Assembly (NCBI GenBank): GCA_963713605.1
Contig: CAVQMO010000001.1
Location: 160,001 to 224,000, forward strand
Direction: 5' to 3'
From: an uncultured Nitrososphaerales archaeon
Lineage (GTDB): Archaea > Thermoproteota > Nitrososphaeria > Nitrososphaerales > Nitrososphaeraceae
DNA: 64,000 nucleotides
Shown: piece by piece, positions 10,698 to 21,488 of the stretch
How positions within the stretch are numbered: the first letter of the stretch is position 1
Layout: each line of letters starts with the position of its first letter
Program-made: the position numbers and the translations under genes
The notes under the pieces: model-generated
Databases searched by the model: none
Seen by the model: only the letters and a program-made list of their open reading frames with translations
Told to the model about the DNA's origin: nothing

Positions 10698-11109
10698 TGA
10701 ACTTCCTTTCATTTTTTCCTTGCCTTCCTTTTTTAATACCAGAAGTATAACTATGCTCCGCCTACTACTTTCTTGTAATTGTGCAATGAGCGCCATTTCT
10801 TTATTTTGTATTCCAGATATAATAGCAGCATAAACACTAGATGATATGATTAGAAAAGGTGGCACAAGTACCAGTATAAATGACGATTGTAGCCGTGCCC
10901 TTTTTTCTCTAGTAATTTGGACAATCCTTGTTGGTCTCCTATCTATGAAAGGACTTGTGTAGATCTATTGTAATATCTATCATCCTGTTAAAGTCAGGTC
11001 GGGTATATTCTTCTGCATGCAGTAGTGGATTAGGCCATCTATTCCACCTAAGAATAACTCGTAACAATATTTCTGAATGCAGATATCCAAAAACCGAGAG
11101 ATACATGAC

Positions 11110-11580
11110 ATGGCCGAGTTAGGTCTCGAAGGCCTATTTGGGATAGGTGAAGCGATAGGAATTATGGCCACTCTATTTGTTATATTATACTTTTCAAGAA
11201 AGCAAATGCAGAGTCTCTCAGTAGACATCCAGACAAAGGTTCTCAATGATTTGGATGAAAAGGTTCGCAAGATGTGTGAAATCATAGTTGAAAAACCATC
11301 GATGCAAAGAGTCATATATAAACTTGAAAAACCATCAGATGAGTTAGCATTTGCTTATTATATCTTGTTTATTTGTTCTCATGCATATGCTATGCACCAA
11401 AGAAAAGTGCTTAATGATGATGAATGGACAGGATGGTTACTGTGGATGAGAAATTGCTTTAAGTATGGAACCATAGGTGAACATTGGAAACAAGAACTGT
11501 CAGAGAGATGGTTCCATACTGATTTCGAGAACTTCATAAACAAAGAAGTAGCGCCGAAACCAGAGCCTAAATCGATATAA
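11110..11580 (+). CDS. Hypothetical protein with N-terminal TM helix
   Basis: Hydrophobic LFGIGEAIGIMATLFVILYF followed by a helical domain. Confidence 0.7.
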   Translation: MAELGLEGLFGIGEAIGIMATLFVILYFSRKQMQSLSVDIQTKVLNDLDEKVRKMCEIIVEKPSMQRVIYKLEKPSDELAFAYYILFICSHAYAMHQRKVLNDDEWTGWLLWMRNCFKYGTIGEHWKQELSERWFHTDFENFINKEVAPKPEPKSI

Positions 11581-12180
11581 TCAATGCCAGAACTGCAGAG
11601 ATAGTTTGAAAGCATATCTCAAATTGTTGAAGATGAGGCTAACCGGGTTCCTGCGGTTTTCATAACATACGGAGTCTGAAACGGACTAGTTCTGTGTCAT
11701 CCCCTGGGGTTTCCTCTTTAGTATATAGGTTATACTGCGGTGCTGCGTGATCTTCAAATGGCATTTCCTAATTATAGCCTACAAATGAACCAAATGATAA
11801 CATTAGGTTAAACACTTGACAATCTCGCAGCGTTCATTGTTCCTACTCGACATATAGCAGCCGAAAATACTAAAAAATTGTGTAGTCTATGCTAGAATTG
11901 CAGACATCCTAACCCATCGTCTGCATTTTTCGCAGGGTCGGCAGTGGGTACGACTGTTAGGTCCAGGGGAATATATTGTAACAGAGGAAATTCCTAGCAG
12001 TCCATACTTTCCCAGTCCCAATATCAGAATCCATTTGTCACCAGATTGTAACGGCGTGATTTCTGTCGGCGAATCTAAGACTTGCGTTGTCACGAACGAA
12101 TTATTGGTTTTTAGCCCGTAGTATGTAACAAGTTTTTAGGATCTTGTAATAAGATATAGCCCTAATTCATGCACACATAA

Positions 12181-12473
12181 ATGGATAGCATAAGAAAGGA
12201 AACAGACAAACTGGACCAGGAGTTGGAAGAGGCACACGGAGAGTTCGACAAAACGAAAGCAGTTCTAGAAAAAAAGATAGCCCTCTACAGTAGATATGAA
12301 AACAGCGACCGACTAACCAAAATGGACAGGCTAGAAGTCCAAAATAAAAAGAATTGGTACATGGGCTCATTTACTAGGTCTAATAGAACATGAAGATTTT
12401 ATTAATAAATTAAGTGAATTTACAGAACGTGTAGCTAAGTTAGAAAAGGCTATCCAAATAGAAGAAGAATAAT
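12181..12473 (+). pseudogene. Coiled-coil hypothetical protein, frameshifted remnant
   Basis: 70-aa ORF continues in another frame (EDFINKLSEFTERVAKLEKAIQIEEE). Confidence 0.35.
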
Positions 12474-12676
12474 AGCGGGTTGGAGAAATTCGGCTGACCT
12501 TACCTTTCCTATTTCGTAGGCTTCGAGACATTCACATTCTTGTCTTTCCATCTGCTGCTTCAAATCCTGTTGCCAGTGTTGGCAACACTTAATTAATTAA
12601 AATGTGTTAAAAACGAGATAGGTAAGTAAGATGCATGATGGAACCATACACGTATATCCTTTCCTGTTGCTCATCA

Positions 12677-12773
12677 TTTTGTTGTAGGTAACGCTCTGAA
12701 GGTGACTCCAACGTAATGTAATCTGGGTCTAAGAAATATTTAAGGGAAGTAATTCCTTCACACTAACCTTTTT
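12677..12773. repeat. Diverged direct repeat, copy 2 (pairs with 8918-9034)
   Basis: Same three conserved blocks; minus strand encodes LESPSERYLQQND versus SPSERYTQQND in copy 1. Confidence 0.85.
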
Positions 12774-12799
12774 AAGAGAAATAAAATTGAACTAGATAT

Positions 12800-13123
12800 A
12801 TGCAGTATTTCACCGCCCTTAAAATAGGTCAAAAGAGGGTCAAATCCGCCCAGGATTTCTTGAAAATTTATGCGGAAAATGCTATGCCTGCATTGGCATT
12901 GAAGGATAACAAAGCCGACAAATGGGAGCCAGTGGGTGAGGAGAATTATTACGGAGTTGTAAAGGAACCAAATGGATACATGATTGTAATATGCGACAAA
13001 AATGGAATCGCAAAGAGTCTTGCAAATTGGTTTAATGAGGAGGAAAAAAACAATATAGTATCTAGAATAAAGTCAGAACACGCGATGGAAGAATACGTAG
13101 GGAGATTGTCACTGCCAGTTTAA
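12800..13123 (+). CDS. Hypothetical protein
   Basis: 107-aa ATG ORF with typical composition. Confidence 0.7.
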   Translation: MQYFTALKIGQKRVKSAQDFLKIYAENAMPALALKDNKADKWEPVGEENYYGVVKEPNGYMIVICDKNGIAKSLANWFNEEEKNNIVSRIKSEHAMEEYVGRLSLPV

Positions 13124-13260
13124 TCATTATGCGTTTATATTCGAACTTAGAATTTGTAATTGTATCGATTCATAGTATATCATTGATGATAAATTGCGAG
13201 CCTCTTATTTTTTATATTGTTAAACATTGCTGGCTTGACTAGTTTTGTAAAAACAGAAGA

Positions 13261-14295
13261 CTAATCTGACCTCCGATTTTTCCTCTTTCTCTTACTTTGC
13301 ATGATCCCGATTAGCTGATATCCATACTCCAGGTTATGCTTAACATGATTTATTCCATGAGACTTATCAGGAACAAATTTATCGTCAAGAATGTTCTCAA
13401 TGTATATTTTTGATCTTCTCACCGACAGGATCGCATGCTGAACCTGACTATCCAGTAACTTCCTTCCCACTTCTTTTTCCGCTCTTTCCTTGAATTCCTT
13501 TTCGTCTGCAGCAACGTTGTAGTACTTTTGTAGCTTGGTGTAGTTACTACATAGGTCATCGAGGCTATTCAAGTCGTACTCAGACAATCCTTTAAGTGCA
13601 TCATGGACTGACTCCGTAGTTCTTCCTGTTATCTGTACTAAACTATCAACGAGCCCTTTGTCAGATATCGCCCTTTCAGTAACTGGTTTACGTATCTGAT
13701 TAGCTGGAGACTCGGTAGAGAAATCCAAATTCAAGGAGTGTGCCAAATTTTCTTGAGCTTTTCTAGTTCGATAATACGCTTCAGCATTGTACGAATCAAT
13801 GCGTACTCCCGAAGCATCTTTTCCACTATAGATAACAGAAATCACATTTACAAGTATTTCTGGATAGGATGCCTTTATGGAGTCGCTGAAACTTTGGTAG
13901 TTTTCATTAAGATCCTTGTAGATGTTAAAAACGACTTGATCAAATGTTTTAAGGTTTTTTTCCTCTGTACTGCGACCCTTCCTTATCTTTCCCACAGAGA
14001 TAGTAAGTATGTCTGATAATTCAGAAGGACTAAAATAATATCTAATTGCCCTTGCAGCGTGGACAATTACTCTTACTGCCTCCAAGAAACCCGGCTGGAT
14101 CTGAAGCTCCTGAACAGAAATCTTCTCTACATATGACATTGAGGTAGAGTACAAAGGATCATCTGACGAAATTTTCAAATTATTAAAATAATCTAACAGT
14201 TCTTCGAACAGGGACTCCCTAAGGCGCATACTGATGTCCTCCTTTATCCTCTGTTTGAGATCCAAATTCACGCTTTTTCTTTTACTTGCATCCAT
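13261..14295 (-). CDS. Hypothetical helical protein
   Basis: 344-aa ORF; C-terminal SHGINHVKHN motif. Confidence 0.75.
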   Translation of the reverse strand: MDASKRKSVNLDLKQRIKEDISMRLRESLFEELLDYFNNLKISSDDPLYSTSMSYVEKISVQELQIQPGFLEAVRVIVHAARAIRYYFSPSELSDILTISVGKIRKGRSTEEKNLKTFDQVVFNIYKDLNENYQSFSDSIKASYPEILVNVISVIYSGKDASGVRIDSYNAEAYYRTRKAQENLAHSLNLDFSTESPANQIRKPVTERAISDKGLVDSLVQITGRTTESVHDALKGLSEYDLNSLDDLCSNYTKLQKYYNVAADEKEFKERAEKEVGRKLLDSQVQHAILSVRRSKIYIENILDDKFVPDKSHGINHVKHNLEYGYQLIGIMQSKRKRKNRRSD

Positions 14296-14648
14296 ATTAT
14301 TTGAATCTCCTAATGATATTGGTGCTCACCACTATGAATGAAGGGTTGTACATTTGAAGTTATTTTGCTTAATGAATACAATTTTAACAGGAATAAGTGT
14401 ATCACATTACTTAAATATGTCATGACTATATTTAACGTTACTATGTACGAGTAATTTATCACTATACCTGAGCTGAGTAGAATTTAGTAAGAAAACAAGT
14501 TGGGATAGATGGGTGTTCCATCTTTTATTATATGAAATTCGTGGTAAAGTCGGCAGCCCAATGGTCAATCATCTATTCTGGTGTTCTCTGTGCAATATTA
14601 CTTGTAAACTACTGTTCTATTTTGTTCTCCTAATCGATCCAATCATTA

Positions 14649-15929
14649 TCAATTATGCAAAAACTGTGCACGCTTGTCCCTGCTCGATGTCCTAATTTGT
14701 GTCAGATGATCCACTATCATAGGCAGGAATGTCCCTACGTCCGTCACTACCCCGATTGCTTGAGTTGTGCCTCTATCCAATAGTTTTGTTACCACAGGTT
14801 GGCTGATGTCTACTGCAACTACCTTTACCGATGACGGTAGCATATTGCCTACTGCGATGGAATGCAGCATAGTCGAAAACATCAAGACCATCCTGGCATT
14901 TTGCAGTAATTTTTTATACCTGCGTTGAGCTTGGACTACATCAGTCACAACATCAGGAATGGGACCATCATCTCTAATGGAACCAGCCAAAACGTACGGC
15001 ACCTTCTTTGTAACGCATTCATACATTATCCCGCTACGTAAGGCACCTTTTGTCACCATTTTCTTTAAGGATCCTGCTTTGAAAACTTCGTTTATAGCTT
15101 GCATATGATTTCTATGACCTCTTACCGCTAGAGTTCCATCTTTAACGTGCATGCCTAAAGAAGTACCCATGATGGCGTTTTCTACGTCATGAACTGCTAA
15201 AGCATTACCAGCAAGTAGTCCATCAACGTATCCCATTCTTATCAATTGTGATAAGGCCACTGAGGCACCAGAGTGGACTATAACTGGTCCTGATACTACA
15301 ACTATTTTTCCATGAGATTTTTCTTTAGTATTGTAAATGTCGTAAGCTACTTTTCGAGCGATTTGTTGAGTTGGTCTTTCACTTGAACTCGAGCTACTCA
15401 TGAACTGAAATATATCCACTCCTTCTCTTGGACGTTCCTGAGGAATGATTCGAATTCCTAGATCGCCTGTGACAATCATGTCTCCTTTTCGTATCTCACG
15501 AATCATCTTACATTCCGCGGTCTTGCTTTCAATGTTCAACGAGATGCATTTGTCCATCATCATATTCTTTACATTTATCCAAGAACTTCTAAAGTAGATT
15601 TGAGTTGGATTATTTGTAGTGCTATAGAAAGCATTCGGTAATACCATGTCCTTTCTAGCTGGTTCTAGTACAACTTCATCTATGTGGAGCGGCTGTGCTC
15701 CTTCACGGTACACTGATTCCAATAGTCTGTCCAAATGGTCCCTGTCTTTCCCTATTATAAGAAGACGCGAAGTACTCTCCTCTCTTTTTTTCTTGCCGAC
15801 AAGAAATTCTAGAACCTGAAACTCCCCCTTGAGATCCATTATGGTATCAAGAATTCTGCCTAAGATCATTGAATCAATTAAATGACCCCTAACTTCCACT
15901 TCCTGGGCAAGGTCTATTTTTTTATCCAC
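14649..15929 (-). CDS. TIGR00300 family (LOR/SDH-like, ornithine cyclodeaminase-related) protein
   Basis: GHLIDS, FYSTTN, LAGNALAVHD, LAGSIRDDGP, TMLHSIAVGN, KLLDRGT motifs. Confidence 0.85.
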   Translation of the reverse strand: MDKKIDLAQEVEVRGHLIDSMILGRILDTIMDLKGEFQVLEFLVGKKKREESTSRLLIIGKDRDHLDRLLESVYREGAQPLHIDEVVLEPARKDMVLPNAFYSTTNNPTQIYFRSSWINVKNMMMDKCISLNIESKTAECKMIREIRKGDMIVTGDLGIRIIPQERPREGVDIFQFMSSSSSSERPTQQIARKVAYDIYNTKEKSHGKIVVVSGPVIVHSGASVALSQLIRMGYVDGLLAGNALAVHDVENAIMGTSLGMHVKDGTLAVRGHRNHMQAINEVFKAGSLKKMVTKGALRSGIMYECVTKKVPYVLAGSIRDDGPIPDVVTDVVQAQRRYKKLLQNARMVLMFSTMLHSIAVGNMLPSSVKVVAVDISQPVVTKLLDRGTTQAIGVVTDVGTFLPMIVDHLTQIRTSSRDKRAQFLHN

Positions 15930-16069
15930 TTATTTGTAGTTAAATCCTTTTGTTCATTTTAAGTTTTCACTAGTCGTTTTCAAATACAAATGCAATATGT
16001 GTTCAGTTTGCTTTTATGAACTAGTAGAATTATTTAATTGCAAGACGAGTTATTCTATTCTACAGACAT

Positions 16070-16639
16070 TCACTTAGAAAAAATAGCGTCCTTAGTACGT
16101 TTTAGAAGCAGCAGCACATCGTTACCATCTTCTCCATCCGTTGTATAAGTAAAGAACTGCTCAAGAACTCTGGACGGATATCCTTGACTTTCATATGTCT
16201 TGGCTTGAATAGCCATTTCGAATTTGTCCACACCATGAACAAGCTGTGACGTATCAGTCTTATTTTCAAGATACTCTTTCCAAATATCTTCATATTCGTT
16301 CCGTGTTTCTGGCGGCAAGTGATTTAGAATACGATCGATTGCCTCAGTTTCTTTGATTCTCTTTTCATTGATAGAGATTTCGTTTGGTTCATAGTCTCCA
16401 ATGATTGACTCCCCCAGATCGTGCAAGATTGCCATCTTCAGAGCTCTCTCTGTCTTCATACCTAAAATGTCAGAGAATACCATGACCATTGTACTCAGTG
16501 CATAGGTGTGATCTGCCACAGATTCAGGATTCTTTACTTTTACCTTGTTGACCCATCCTGATCTCTTTATTGCTTTTAATTCCACCACATAATTAAAGAA
16601 ATTTGCCAACAACTGATAGTTAAGGGGTGACAATACCAT
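16070..16639 (-). CDS. HD-domain hydrolase (YfbR/HDDC2-like 5'-deoxynucleotidase)
   Basis: KRSGW, ESVADH, AILHDLGESIIGD, DKFEMAIQA. Confidence 0.85.
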   Translation of the reverse strand: MVLSPLNYQLLANFFNYVVELKAIKRSGWVNKVKVKNPESVADHTYALSTMVMVFSDILGMKTERALKMAILHDLGESIIGDYEPNEISINEKRIKETEAIDRILNHLPPETRNEYEDIWKEYLENKTDTSQLVHGVDKFEMAIQAKTYESQGYPSRVLEQFFTYTTDGEDGNDVLLLLKRTKDAIFSK

Positions 16640-17057
16640 CGATGTTGTCCTACAAATTACCTAATAAAAGATTTCGCTCATGATTGTACCTAACATCAGG
16701 ATATTCATGCTGAAACTTTCAATATTTAGCAAGCCATCATTTTTAATTTCAACATCTAGTGTAGTAACTTGTACTCAATCATATCCAAAATCGAGCTATA
16801 TTCGTAGACATAACTTGTCATTTATCTTATTCTAAGGTGATGTAAATACTTACGCGTTATTATCTTGAATATAAAACTAACATTTTTGGACTATACTAAC
16901 TAGGCAAGACCTGACATGTCAATTTCTCATACCAGTCTTTGTTACCAGTCTAAAAAGACTACTTGTTGTGAAGATATAGTTCAACTAAGGAACATAACCC
17001 AATATGAGTGAGCTTTTTGAAGCCAGACTACAGAGCCAAAAATGAAGAGGACGAAAG

Positions 17058-17633
17058 TTAATGTGCCTTCTTCCATGCATTATCTGGAATGCCAAGCCGC
17101 TTATTTGCTGTTCTAGCCATAACGAAAAATAGATCAGAAAGTCTATTCAGATAGATTATCGCGAGAGGATTAATTGATTCAGCCTTTGATAAACCCACAA
17201 CTGAAATCTCTGATCTTCTGGCAATGCTTCGACTCAGATGCAAGTGACCAGATTCAAGACTGCCTCCAGGCAGTATAAAGAAAGAAATCGGTGCAAGTTC
17301 CTGTTCAAGAGTGTCTATGGTCTTCTCAACCTTGGTTATCATGTCTTCGTTTACCCGTGGGCTTCCATAGCGGCTATCGGTACTCGGACTGTCATCGGCT
17401 AAATCTGCACCTAGGATGAACAGATCGTTTTGAATTGTCAACAGAATCTTCACAAAATCTGAGAAACTGCTGATATGTTGGGAAGTTTGCAAAATTGCCA
17501 AGATTAAGCCAACGCTTGAGTTTAGTTCATCAACTGTTCCATAAGCAATTATTCTTGCATGATGCTTTGATATTTTCCTTCCGCCTATGAGTCCTGTCTC
17601 ACCTAGATCACCAGTTTTAGTATATATTTTCAT
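17058..17633 (-). CDS. PduO-type cob(I)alamin adenosyltransferase
   Basis: KIYTKTGDLGET, YGTVDELNS, FILPGG, YLNRLSDLFF. Confidence 0.9.
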   Translation of the reverse strand: MKIYTKTGDLGETGLIGGRKISKHHARIIAYGTVDELNSSVGLILAILQTSQHISSFSDFVKILLTIQNDLFILGADLADDSPSTDSRYGSPRVNEDMITKVEKTIDTLEQELAPISFFILPGGSLESGHLHLSRSIARRSEISVVGLSKAESINPLAIIYLNRLSDLFFVMARTANKRLGIPDNAWKKAH

Positions 17634-17784
17634 ATGCAGCAGTAATAGTTCACTCAAGATTTAATTAATTTTTGATGTCCATATTGGACTTGTTAGATAG
17701 GCCGCTTTCGTTCGATCATGAATGAGGTAATTCTAGTAGAAACCTTGACGAAAACTACGAAAAATTTGATTCTCCAATAGCCAC

Positions 17785-17955
17785 TTAGTATGAATGAATT
17801 TCGGCCTTGTGTTCTCTGAGATACTTCTTTTTCTTAAACCTTTCATTACACTTTTCACATTTAAATGGCTTTTCAAATTCGAGTAAGAATCGTTCCCTTC
17901 TTTCTTCAGGAGTTTCAATTAGCGATTCTGGTTCACTTTCGGCTGAGTTTATCAT
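17785..17955 (-). CDS. Small C2H2 zinc-finger protein (56 aa, absent from the ORF track)
   Basis: MINSAESEPESLIETPEERRERFLLEFEKPFKCEKCNERFKKKKYLREHKAEIHSY. Confidence 0.75.
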   Translation of the reverse strand: MINSAESEPESLIETPEERRERFLLEFEKPFKCEKCNERFKKKKYLREHKAEIHSY

Positions 17956-18214
17956 GCTGAATTATAATCAAAACCATATATGTTAGTATATTTAGCTTGA
18001 GTAAGAAAATTACATTAGAAAGATTCCTGCCAATCGTACTGAGAATTTACATCTAATTAGATAGTTTGGCGATTAATTTAGGGACGTACTGAGCCGTTGT
18101 TAACCAAGATAAACCATCGAGTTGAAGTCCCGAAAGTAGATGATATGTTCAACCACAATGACAAAATTATGGGCATGAGCTTCAGCGCTGAAGGACCAAC
18201 TTCAGAAGATTGGC

Positions 18215-19204
18215 CTAGTCGACCATTAAGCGTGTTTTTCTCCCCTGTAAAATTTTTATGATATTCTGAGCAGCAATTTCTGACATTTTCGATCGAACCT
18301 GATATGTCGCACTTCCGATGTGGGGCAATAGCACCGCATTCTCCATTCTCATTAGCGGACTGTTAGTTCTTAATGGCTCACTTTCGAAAACGTCTAGCGC
18401 AGCCCCAGCAATCCACTTTTTCTTTAGTGCTTTGATAAGACTCCTTTCATCAATTACTTGACCACGTGAAGTATTTATTATATAGGCCGTATTTTTCATC
18501 CGCTTGAGTTTTGACTCGTTAATCATGTTACTGCTTTCACTGTTTAAATTAGCGTGTATGGAAAGAAAATCACTTTCTTTTAGGATAGTATCCATCTCTA
18601 CATACCTGGCACCCATTTCATATTCGAGTTTTGTCTCCAACCGGCGGCGGTTGTGATATAGAATATTCATGTCAAATCCTTTCGCTCTTCGGGCTACCGC
18701 TCTCCCTATTCGCCCTGCACCAATTAGCCCCAGTGTCTTGCCGTAGACATTTGAGCCTAGAAAAAGATCAGGTGACCATCCCACTTTCCATTTTTTTTGT
18801 CTTATGTAATTGTCTGCATGTACGATTTTTCTGGATACAGCAAGAATTAAAGCGAAGGTCAAATCGGCAGTTGCTTCAGAAAGAACTTCTCCGGTGAAAG
18901 TAACATAAATCCCTCTTTTTTTTGCCTCGTTTACGTCTATATGGTCATATCCGGTGCTTAAGGTGCTAATGACTTTAAGATTAGGTCCTGCCTTCTCCAT
19001 AACCTCCTTATCGATACGCTCATTCAAGCTGCAAAGTAATGCGTCCTTGCCAACAACATTTCTCAAGATTTCCTTTCTAGAAGGTGACAACGAATTTCTA
19101 TTCATCGTAACAGAGTATTTTCTAGCTAACATGGTAGGACCGGGTTCAAGGATTTTCCTCATTATATAAACAGCGAATTTGATCCCCAACAGGATACCAC
19201 TCAA
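18215..19204 (-). CDS. D-2-hydroxyacid dehydrogenase (glyoxylate reductase/D-glycerate dehydrogenase)
   Basis: GAGRIG, INTSRG, ALDVFESEP, LPHIGSAT. Confidence 0.9.
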   Translation of the reverse strand: MSGILLGIKFAVYIMRKILEPGPTMLARKYSVTMNRNSLSPSRKEILRNVVGKDALLCSLNERIDKEVMEKAGPNLKVISTLSTGYDHIDVNEAKKRGIYVTFTGEVLSEATADLTFALILAVSRKIVHADNYIRQKKWKVGWSPDLFLGSNVYGKTLGLIGAGRIGRAVARRAKGFDMNILYHNRRRLETKLEYEMGARYVEMDTILKESDFLSIHANLNSESSNMINESKLKRMKNTAYIINTSRGQVIDERSLIKALKKKWIAGAALDVFESEPLRTNSPLMRMENAVLLPHIGSATYQVRSKMSEIAAQNIIKILQGRKTRLMVD

Positions 19205-19490
19205 AGGCCTCCTATGAATAGGTTCTTGTGTCCGTCTACAACGGTCTGAGTCTAGCTTTTCAATTCATATTTTCCCCAAATATCTTATTGAAACAAATAG
19301 GCTACTCATATATTTCCGAATTACACTATGAGCCTAATGACTTCCTAAGCTCAAACAGACATAAGCTGATCTGGTTGCCTCCTAATCTACAGGTAACTTA
19401 GATCTATGATTCTCAAATAAGGCTATCTGACCAAAACAGCTGAGCCCAAAAAGTATAACACTCAAGTTGTTACATATAGCGACACATTCA

Positions 19491-19841
19491 TCATGTCGCA
19501 CTTTCCATGCAGGCTGGCAGAGTCCCATTATGCCTAAGCTTATAATCTTTCAGCAGTTCTGCTTTCAAATTTTCTAGGGAGCCATGACTAACCAAATAAC
19601 TGAATCTTTGACCCTTCCCTAGACAAGGATCTAAGATAGAATCTAATAGTGTTGATTTGAGGTTCTGAGCACTTCCTATATACAATATTTTCATACTAGC
19701 ATGAACTTTGAACAATCCCGATTCATCGGGTACAACAGAATTGATGGTATCTCGGCTGAAATCAAGCCACTTCGACCATTCCTCTACAATTGATTTTGAA
19801 ATTTCTTCATCTATACCACTTTTTCCCAAATTCCTTTCCAC
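19491..19841 (-). CDS. Hypothetical protein, GIY-YIG-like fold
   Basis: VPDESGLFKV...ILYIGSAQNL...LPAC. Confidence 0.55.
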   Translation of the reverse strand: MERNLGKSGIDEEISKSIVEEWSKWLDFSRDTINSVVPDESGLFKVHASMKILYIGSAQNLKSTLLDSILDPCLGKGQRFSYLVSHGSLENLKAELLKDYKLRHNGTLPACMESAT

Positions 19842-19942
19842 AAAACTCTATACTATTTCGTATATAATTGCTATCTTGACTTGTATTGGCAGGTTTATTA
19901 AGACATTTTCATATGCAATGGAAGTTCTAGTGGGCTAAATGC

Positions 19943-20239
19943 CTATGCCTGTTGCCGGGAAGGATGGGATAAATTATAGCTTCCACCATAGAGATGGGCC
20001 ATTTCACCCATGTCTCTCTGCAATTCCAGAAAATCTCGTCCCTTTACTGTTGTTCTGTAAGTTCTGGCAGATCTATCGTATTCTATTAATTCTTGCTGTT
20101 GTAGAAAAATAAGGTAATCCTTAAGCTGATTGTAATTGACGAGACTCTTGTACATGATATGTGATCTGGATTCCCCGTCTATTGCATTTGCCGCGTTCAA
20201 TATAAGTCCAATAATATCAGTTCTGCATCTATACTTCAT
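19943..20239 (-). CDS. Winged-helix transcription regulator
   Basis: MKYRCRTDIIGLIL...IMYKSLVNYNQLKDYL...YRTTVKG. Confidence 0.85.
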   Translation of the reverse strand: MKYRCRTDIIGLILNAANAIDGESRSHIMYKSLVNYNQLKDYLIFLQQQELIEYDRSARTYRTTVKGRDFLELQRDMGEMAHLYGGSYNLSHPSRQQA

Positions 20240-20641
20240 ATTCTTGTTCTGTCAAGATCATGGTGAATATTGAGTATTTAAGGTGAATCAAAGTGAGTAC
20301 TTGATCTATGCTTTATTTTTTTATTATGTTACATTATTGAGATCCTATCTTAATATCCTGTGCCATGGTAAATCTATGTCCTTGTTCTAGAGTCAAACAT
20401 GATTAAATGTATGTATGTATGTTTACGAAGGGGAACTTTGGAGTTTAATTTCTTCAAAAACCCTCGTTCCTGCGAGTGAGACCAACAAATCTATTAAGCT
20501 TGAAACAATGTACGTATCATGTCTTATCTCGTTTGCTAGTAGACATAATTCCCAGCAAATATGAGGGTCAAATTCTGATTGGATAATGCAATACGATAAA
20601 CTACGCAAGCTCATTTAAGCACAGAATGAAGAAGCGAAATT

Positions 20642-21469
20642 GTGAAGGGATTAGTGATCGGAGGAAAACTGGCATGCAATAAATACATCATCGCAGCCAC
20701 GACAGTTGCATTTTTTCTCATTATGATGATGACAAGTTACAGTGTATTGGCCTATACAGAGCATGGAGGTGGAGATAAACCATCTTCTGATACAATGTTT
20801 TTCAGGATCCTAAAAGGAGACTTAAATGTATGTTCACCTAATTACCAATATAATATAACAATATGTCAAATGGTTATGAAGGATGAAGAACTTTCGCCAA
20901 ATGCTGGGGAGGTTACAAACAGTACCCGCACTAATAATGCTACAAACACCACAAATTCTACAAACAGTAGTAGTTATCCGCCGTTATCTGTTAATCCTGA
21001 AATGGTAATTAACGAAGAGCAGCTGCAAGCGCTATTGACGAATAGCTCTTTAAACCCACATGAAGGAGCTGAAAATGTAATACAGAACGATACTGGTACT
21101 AGTCCTAATAACAATACTCAAAGCAAGGGCGTAGGGAAAATATATGTTGATGAATATCCACAATATGAACCTCTGGTTGCCGAACAACCTCTAGAAGAGG
21201 AGATAACTACCGATAATTCTTTGCAGACACCTTGGCAAAGCAATCAACAATGGCAATTCATGAATAACCAAACAGTATTAAATGGACTTCATGACATAGA
21301 ACAGCCGGCGCAACCGAAAAACACTATTCGCCAACAGGACAACCATCAAGAATCTGTGTTAACCAAAGAAGGTTCGAGTTTAGGTAATAGCATTGATAAT
21401 CGCAAAGCAGACACAAGCAATTCGTACAGTAGTATTCCTTTAGGTATGTCGTTGCCTCTTAGAAACTAA
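20642..21469 (+). CDS. Secreted or membrane-anchored low-complexity N/Q/T-rich protein
   Basis: N-terminal hydrophobic stretch, many NxS/T sequons. Confidence 0.6.
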   Translation: MKGLVIGGKLACNKYIIAATTVAFFLIMMMTSYSVLAYTEHGGGDKPSSDTMFFRILKGDLNVCSPNYQYNITICQMVMKDEELSPNAGEVTNSTRTNNATNTTNSTNSSSYPPLSVNPEMVINEEQLQALLTNSSLNPHEGAENVIQNDTGTSPNNNTQSKGVGKIYVDEYPQYEPLVAEQPLEEEITTDNSLQTPWQSNQQWQFMNNQTVLNGLHDIEQPAQPKNTIRQQDNHQESVLTKEGSSLGNSIDNRKADTSNSYSSIPLGMSLPLRN

Positions 21470-21488
21470 TCACTGAGTTGAGGCAAAC

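Noticed and set aside
12568..12600. 8-bp inverted repeat TGTTGCCA/TGGCAACA followed by TTAATTAATTAA
   Set aside because: Short and single-copy; no function can be supported.
17733..17918. 61-aa ORF in the track
   Set aside because: An alternative frame on the same strand encodes a clear C2H2 finger.
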